Assembly (NCBI RefSeq): GCF_006345805.1
Contig: NW_021826201.1
Span: 1-38,981, forward strand
DNA length: 38,981 nt
Direction: 5' to 3'
Origin: Octopus sinensis
Taxonomy: Eukaryota
The position numbers and the translations under genes were made by a program. Positions 36,707 to 38,981 of the stretch are shown here, piece after piece. Position 1 is the first letter of the stretch. Each line of letters begins with the position of its first letter. A model generated the notes under the pieces. That model did not search any database. It had not been told where the DNA came from and saw nothing but the letters and a program-made list of their open reading frames with translations.

Positions 36707-36821
36707 CTTCATCGTCGTCGCTCCGGAATCTTTTTAGCTGTGTCAACCTCATCGTATGTCTGTGCGTCTTCAACCATTTCAAGACATTCTTTAAGTGGGT
36801 TTTCGGCAGTAGATGAACCGT
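36707..36821 (-). CDS. Possible upstream exon (115 nt, phase 0-1): TVHLLPK...KRFRSDDDE(D)
   Basis: Acceptor ttttgttaatcag| and donor GAAG|gtgaag; joins the next exon as SDDDE-D-DIRGG. No recognisable homology and the frame is ambiguous. Confidence 0.35.
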
Positions 36822-37079
36822 CTGATTAACAAAACTTGCTCTTCCCCAAAGAAAAAGAAAAAGAAGACAAAATAAATGAGCATTCGCTTCATCTTGGCCA
36901 GATGTTTCTTGGACACGGTTTGAGATAATCAGATGTCAGTTTATCAAACGATGTAAACGTATGCCGCTTCTAGAACTTTCAGGAATAGCTTCCAGTCAGC
37001 CCATTTCTGGACGAAACAGACCATTTCTATTGGCGATCTCTAGCGAGTTATTTTGTTTATTTCTTTTTTTTCTCCTTAC

Positions 37080-37320
37080 ATGGACGTCTGGTCTAAATCG
37101 GACGCAGAGCAACTTAACTGAATTCGCGGTCCAAAAGCAAGAGCCACTGTCCCGCTTAACCTGTCTGCTTCTTCTTTGGTCAGGTCTTTGGTTGGCACAC
37201 ATTACAGGGACAAATGACAAACGAAAAATTAAAGAAGATAGTCGGATGATATCATGGAGATTAACTACAGCGATGACAGCAAGGACGATGACGTCAACAA
37301 CATTTGTAAATGTCATTGTC
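37080..37320 (-). CDS. Possible 5'-most exon or UTR exon
   Basis: Good donor CAT|gtaagg at 37080/37079 in an open frame with ATG at 37316; 5' boundary and frame not established. Confidence 0.25.
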
Positions 37321-37509
37321 CTCGGAAAATAATATGAGAGAGAGGAGGAAGAGAGAGAGAGAGGAAATAATAAGAAAGAATGAAGAGCGGAAAAGAGGGG
37401 AGAGAAGGAGATAGGGGGAGCAAAAAGATTAAGGAAAATAGAGGCAAAAAGAAGTCGAGCAAAGAGTAAAAATAATACAAAAATATAATAAAGAAGGAAC
37501 TTATTAACA

Positions 37510-38560
37510 GTGGTGGCGGCGGTGGTGGTGGTGGTGGTGGTGGTGGTGGTGGAAGCGGTGGCGGTGGTGGAAGCGGTGGCGGTGGTGGAAGCGGTGGCGG
37601 TGGTGGAAGCGGTGGCGGTGGTGGAAGCGGTGGCGGTGGTGGAAGCGGGTGCGGTGGTGGAAGCGGGTGCGGTGGTGGTGGTGGTGGTTGGTGGCAGCGG
37701 TGGCGGGGTGGAAGCGGGTGCGGTGGTGGAAGGGTTGCGGTGGTGGAAGCGGGTGCGGTGGTGGTGGTGGTGGTGGTGTGGTGGTGGTGGTGGAAAGCGG
37801 GTGCGGTTTATGAACGGGTGCGGTGGTGGTTGGTGGTGGTGGGGTGGTGGTGTGTGTAGCGGGTGCGGTGGTGAATCGGGTGCGGTGGTGGAACGGGTGC
37901 GGTGGTGGTGGTGGTGTGGGTGGAAGCGGTGCGTGGTGGAAGCGGTGCTGTGTGGAAGCGTTGGTGGTGGGGTGGTAGAGTTATGGTTATGGTGATGGTT
38001 GATGATGTCGAGGTGTTTATTTGATGGTGATCGTGCGATGGTGATGCCAGTGGCTGCATAGGTGGCAATAGTGTTGCGGCGACAGTGTGACGCCGGTAGT
38101 GGTGTAGCGGCAGTGGCAATGGTGGTGGTGGTGGCGGTAGTGGTGGAGGATGTGGGTGATGTGGGTGATGGTAGTGGTGATGTTGATGATAGTGGTGGTG
38201 GTGGTTAGGTTACCCGAGTTAATGGTGGTGGTGGTGGTGGTGGTGGTGGTGGTGGTGCTAGTGATGGTAATGGTGCTAGTGGTGGTGCTGGTGGAGGTGA
38301 TAGTAGTGGCGATAATAGAGGTGGTAATACTAACAGCGACCGTAGTAGTAGTAGTAGTAGTAGTAGTATAGTAAGTAGTAGTAGTAGTAGTAGTAGCGAC
38401 AGCAGCAGAAATTGTAGTGCTTGTAGTGTGGCTTGTAGTAGTAGTCAGTAGTAGTTGTAGTAGTAGTAGTAGTAGTAGTAGTACGACAGCATGCAGAAAT
38501 TGTAGTGCTTGTAGTAGTGCTTGTATAGTAGTAGTATAGTAGTAGTAGTAGTGTAGTAGA
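37510..38560. repeat. (GGT)n, 18-bp (gaagcggtggcggtggtg)n minisatellite and (GTA)n low-complexity tract
   Basis: Direct reading; increasingly noisy toward the right. Confidence 0.9.
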
Positions 38561-38981
38561 TAATTGGTTTGAGATTCAATGTATAAAGAAGCAAAAACAA
38601 AACTAAGAAATTATCTGAAGCTTCAACTTCGATTACGACTTGAAGAGTCTAAGAGAGTCTTTGGTTTATTGTCAACAGAATGTTCATCACGTAGGCAACA
38701 ATTCCTTTGATGTTGGCCGTCTTCATGTTGGACGACAGCTAACGAAAGTACCAGCCTCCACCCACCTTAAGTCTGTGTGTTGTGTGTGGTGAGTGATAAA
38801 TGAGTGAAAGAGAGAGAGACTGGTGGTGTAGAGAGAGAGAGACACAGCAGAGAGAACCGACAGATAGACAAGATACGGAGCAGAGTTTGCGTGTGTACAG
38901 AGAGTGTTTGGTAGCTTTTTAGATCGATGTTAGTCATCAGCCCCAACGGTCAGACAATATCAACACATAAAAGTGATGGCG

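Noticed and set aside
36996-37316. Hydrophobic ORF resembling a voltage-sensor S3-S4
   Set aside because: Lacks regular R-x-x repeats, and no other channel exons are present
37510-38371. Val-rich and Gly-rich ORFs
   Set aside because: Simple-repeat translations

Overview
AT-rich, repeat-dense eukaryotic DNA, most likely an octopus (coleoid cephalopod); the taxon is inferred from SINE families recalled from memory, not from a search. Almost all ORFs in the supplied track are translations of microsatellites. The real coding content is one multi-exon, minus-strand gene that the ORF track largely misses. Eight phase-compatible GT-AG exons from 28963 down to 737 encode a tandem-ZU5 protein resembling DTHD1 (death domain-containing protein 1). 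The gene continues past the left edge, and two weaker 5' exon candidates lie at 36.7-37.3 kb. The introns hold a full-length dead mariner, a full-length dead Tc1-like element (probably DD36E/Incomer type), CR1-group and R4/Dong LINE fragments, about 15 tRNA-derived SINE copies, foldback MITEs, Helentron-like elements and Penelope-type remnants with hammerhead ribozyme folds. The most notable observations are: (i) a near-complete type I hammerhead fold at 15779-15829, plus three minimal hammerhead-like motifs; (ii) a 183-nt phase-0/0 exon bracketed by kilobase-scale, mutually complementary (TATG)n and (TACA)n arrays, a candidate dsRNA, editing or circRNA structure; (iii) a well-bounded 105-nt cassette candidate with a single in-frame UAG; (iv) a 3' tail shared by a LINE and several SINEs. 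Indel noise in the long arrays suggests a poorly polished long-read consensus, so single-base claims need read-level checking.
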